Notes under the pieces: generated by a model
What the model saw: only the letters and a program-made list of their open reading frames with translations
Database searches by the model: none
What the model was told of the DNA's origin: nothing
Assembly (NCBI GenBank): GCA_002104905.1
Contig: MCFE01000021.1
Location: 124,001-188,000 of the forward strand
From: Basidiobolus meristosporus CBS 931.73
Taxonomy: Eukaryota > Fungi > Basidiobolomycota
DNA: 64,000 nucleotides
Direction of reading: 5' to 3'
Program-made: the position numbers and the translations under genes
In this document: positions 60,704-64,000 of the stretch, one piece after another
How the letters are laid out: every line of letters starts with the position of its first letter
Numbering within the stretch: the first letter of the stretch is position 1

Positions 60704-61377
60704 AGTGGTAATGGAAAGTATTCCATTACTACAATATCTATAAACCAATATTGCACTCATTTCTTTATTTTGCTTTTTGCTATTGTGACACACAAGTGAA
60801 AGATCAAGAATTTCCAACTTTGAAGAACAAATGCTCCAGACCCTGACAGGCAATCCACCCAAGAATTTTATGTCATACAGAACACGTAGTAGCCAACACA
60901 TGTTTCAAATTACAGCTCATTTGAAGCAGTACTTAAGGAGTTATGACCAAAAGAGTCCAATCATTATATATACTATGCCTTATTGCTAGGATTACTAGGG
61001 TGACTTTGTTGCGTGTAACTTTCAAACCAGCCAATCAAATCACATGCAATTTTCACAGGTGCTGCGCCTATGTCCAATCTGCTCCACTGCAAAATTTTAG
61101 CTTTGTATCATGTGTATTGCTTGCGCAATTGCCCAAAAACTGTGATCCTTCAAAATTTTCATATATATGACTTCCCCAGCTGAAAAATAAAGAGGGAGCC
61201 TCTCTTTCCGGAATCTCCACACTACAATTACAAGTTTAAAGGTTATAAGACTTCCCCTGCATCACTTGCACTGTTGAGTATTCTGACTTTGATAGTACTA
61301 CATCAGTAAAGAGACTGCAAAGCTCACAAGAATCCAATCTAAGTTCTACAGAAACTACCACTTTTCTGTTGGACAAG

Positions 61378-61632
61378 TCCCCTCTAAGAAACCCCTTTAC
61401 TCTAAAGACACCCCTTTAGATACCCCTTTAGTCTAAAGACCCCTTTAGAGACCCCTTTAGGAAACCCCTTTACTCTAAAGAAGCCCCTTTAGGCACCCTT
61501 TTAGTGTAAAGTCCACATTAGAGACCACTACAAGAAGCCCCTTTACTCTAAAGACACCCCTTTAGACACCCCTTTAGGTCTAAAGACCCCTTTAGAGACT
61601 TCTATAACACACCCCTTTAGGTTAAAGGGGAG
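61378..61632. repeat. CCCCTTTA(G) array (12 exact CCCCTTTA copies) interspersed with CTAAAG
   Basis: Counted directly; includes two about 62-bp direct repeat units starting near 61391 and 61536. Confidence 0.95.
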
Positions 61633-61949
61633 TTCAGAATTTCCATATTAGGAAATATTTTCTCAGAGAGGAAAGTTACTTCCAAATAAGGAAAAGTTAC
61701 TATAAAAGTAAATAAGCCAATTAGTCAACAGAAGGTCAGAACACTGCTGTAGAAGTGATAAACACTGCCTACAGTATATTTTGAGCCTAAGATTGAGAAA
61801 ATTAGTGAAAGTTATATCTTCTATCGGTATATCAAGCTCCCAATAAACTATTTCAGTATTAGCATACTGGAAGCAGTTGCACATTGTTGATTAGCCTCTA
61901 CATTGTAGAGCAAGCCCCAAACTAATCAGAATACAGCACAATAAGAATT

Positions 61950-61965
61950 TGGTGGAGGACCTGGG
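61950..61965 (+). promoter_or_regulatory. tRNA primer binding site TGGTGGAGGACCTGGG, probably tRNA-Ala
   Basis: Complement of a 3' end ...CCUCCACCA with A73 and U70 (G3:U70 Ala identity), about 45 nt before the gag ATG. Confidence 0.65.
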
Positions 61966-62010
61966 TAGTTTGAACCTTTCACTATACAAGCATCAAGAAA
62001 CGTTACAAGA

Positions 62011-63827
62011 ATGACCAATACACCACTCCCAGAGTTAATAGCCACTTTTAAAGGTGCCATTCCAGTAAAATTCTCAGGAGAGAATGTTACTGAGCTTCTA
62101 GAAGAGTTTAACAATATAGCTGCAGCATTTGAGCTATCACACAAGAACAAAATCCAGTTGTTTCCCTTTCTCTGTGAAGTTGAAGTATCAAGATTCTTAC
62201 AAAGTTTGGATCCATTTAAGATATCTGTTGGCACTAACTATAACTGGGACACTGCTCAACAAGCTATTTTAGCTGAGTACCAAAAGGAAGCACAGTTTGT
62301 TACACTAAATGAGCTAGAAATGCCTTATAACAAGACCCAACCCTTGCAGAAGTACATTCAAGAGTTTGAGTCAAAAGCAAGGCATGTTGAAGCAGCTATT
62401 GGAATTCCAAGATTTTATCAAAGAAACTATTTTCTGATGAGTATGCCTCCTGAAATACGTAATGCCATTAGCCACCAAGTTCAGGCTACAAGCTCCTACA
62501 ACAATGTTAAACAAATGGTGTTAAACTATCAATCAGGGAGACAAGTCATGGATTCCATTAATATTCAAATGAAGATTCCACTCCAGCTAAACAAATTCTT
62601 CATTGTACAAATAACCCACAAAGTGATCAGGTTAATGATTTAATTGATGCATTAGGAAAACTGACGCTTAAGTTGGACTCTCAAAGTGTACCATCATCAA
62701 GCATCAACAAGGCAAGACCAGAAAATCCCAAAACAACCAGTAATTATCCACAGCAAACCAAATATTATGTGTACTGTGAATCTGCTGAGCATAGCTGTTA
62801 TGGTTGTCAAATATTGAATATTGATATTGACAGTCATAAGGTTATGATTGATTGTTATGGGAAGATCTGTGATATTGCTGGAAACCCCTTGCCTATCAAC
62901 AGAGGTTATGGTGGAATGAGGTCCTATGTACTTGCTCAAGAAGAATCAAGTAAAAGCACCAAGACATCAAATTTCATACAAATCCAAAGGACTGCAGAAA
63001 TTCCAAGCAATGAACGTTACGTACTCACAATATCAGATCCATCAGGGCAGGTCCAAGAATATCTAATGGAAAAAGAGGAAGTTGAAGAGTTTAATTGCCT
63101 TGTTGATAAGAGAAAGTATGTTTCTACAGAGAACAATCCTAAAAAAGTGTGTACCAACAAAAGAAATCAGCCAACTGTTGAAATACCAGTACAGCCAGAA
63201 ACATCAAAAATCCAAAAAGAACACTTGCAAACTCAATCTAAGTATGACACTACTGCAATTACACAGAAAGTTATCGACAAATTCTGGAAATCTCCATTCC
63301 CACAACTTACAAATCAAGAAATGTTCACCACCATCAACAATCTCAGTTAACTACTACCAGAAATGGTTAAGCCTATGAACAAAGATATCCTGAAGAATTA
63401 TCAAGAACAGTCATCAACAATGTTATCAGGTGCACAACTACAATTTGAAGTCAAAAAAGCCTTTTACTCTATTACAACAGGAAGCTATGCTGCTACAATC
63501 AACAATGTTGAAGTGGAATGTGTTTTTGATTCTGGATCAGATATCAATGCTATCACCGCTATGAATTTTGAAAAAATCAAATTGCCATTGACAGAAGTTG
63601 TCTGGGATATGAGAACTGCTACAGGTGCAACTGAGAAGATGCTTGGACTTTGTCACTCTGTACCAATTGAAATTGGAGGAATCAGGGTCACTTCTCCCTT
63701 TTTCATTGTTGCCAATGGACCCACTTTTGAGGTATTGTTGGGACAACCATATGAGAGAAAATCTCTTCTACAAGCTGGTAATAGACCTGATGGAAGCTTA
63801 TGGCTGACAATCACATCTGACAATTGA
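62011..63827 (+). pseudogene. gag-protease of Gypsy D; one frameshift at about 62560-62670 and a stop at 63348
   Basis: KFSGENVTELLEEF capsid-like start; YCESAEHSCYGC degenerate knuckle; CVFDSGSDINAI aspartic protease and FEVLLGQPY. Confidence 0.85.
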
Positions 63828-64000
63828 AAAAGAAGGGCAACCTTTTGTGCAGCAGAAGAGAATAATCCAAGAAATGCAGACTCCATTCCAGTACAAAACA
63901 TACAGGTTCATAAGGATATTTTGTTTTATGATCAACACTTCATTCCATTGACAACAAGTAAGACAAATACCAAGTATAAGCCAGTTGCATTGAAAGCAAA

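Larger units (their letters stand above)
60704..64000 (+). mobile_element. Ty3/Gypsy family D (fungal-type), 5' portion; the left 1.25 kb is a presumed LTR/leader with unverified boundary
   Basis: PBS at 61950, then gag and protease; no second LTR in the window. Confidence 0.7.

Noticed and set aside
61378-61632. Telomere or CRISPR-like array
   Set aside because: Unit is CCCCTTTAG, not CCCTAA or CCCTAAA; it is internal, and the spacers are short and themselves repetitive, with no cas genes.
61966-61976. Extension of the D PBS resembling a tRNA T-loop, suggesting a tRNA gene on the minus strand
   Set aside because: Loop spacing is 2 nt too long and no D-arm or anticodon arm follows; kept only as a PBS.
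1-64000. Host genes, rRNA/tRNA genes, prokaryotic defence systems
   Set aside because: Every ORF with recognisable motifs belongs to a transposon; no RNA-gene signatures seen.

Overview
This window is a eukaryotic transposon nest, most likely fungal judging from the element types; the species cannot be determined from sequence alone. I found no host protein-coding gene, RNA gene or CRISPR array. Almost every base belongs to a nested, partly decayed element. (1) Two Ty1/Copia families, C1 (4 copies) and C2 (3 copies plus a solo LTR), plus an unrelated solo LTR. (2) Three Ty3/Gypsy families: B is a chromovirus (1044-6928, minus strand) with a self-priming PBS and a -1 frameshift signal; A lacks a chromodomain, makes 4-bp TSDs, and occurs as 2 full-length copies, 1 truncated copy and 3 solo LTRs; D is a fungal-type element that runs off the right end. 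(3) CACTA/EnSpm transposase remnants. (4) A PHIS (PIF/Harbinger-ISL2EU-like) DNA transposon family P with AG...CT ends and ANT target duplications: 2 complete 3.4-kb copies, 3 fragments and 2 MITE derivatives, one a 727-bp near-perfect foldback. P carries a short DDE transposase and, head-to-head with it, a large accessory gene I cannot assign to any family. This gene is the best candidate for something undescribed. CpG is visibly depleted and copies differ mainly by C>T/G>A changes, so most ORFs are pseudogenised. Coordinates were counted by hand; those described as approximate may be off by tens of bases.
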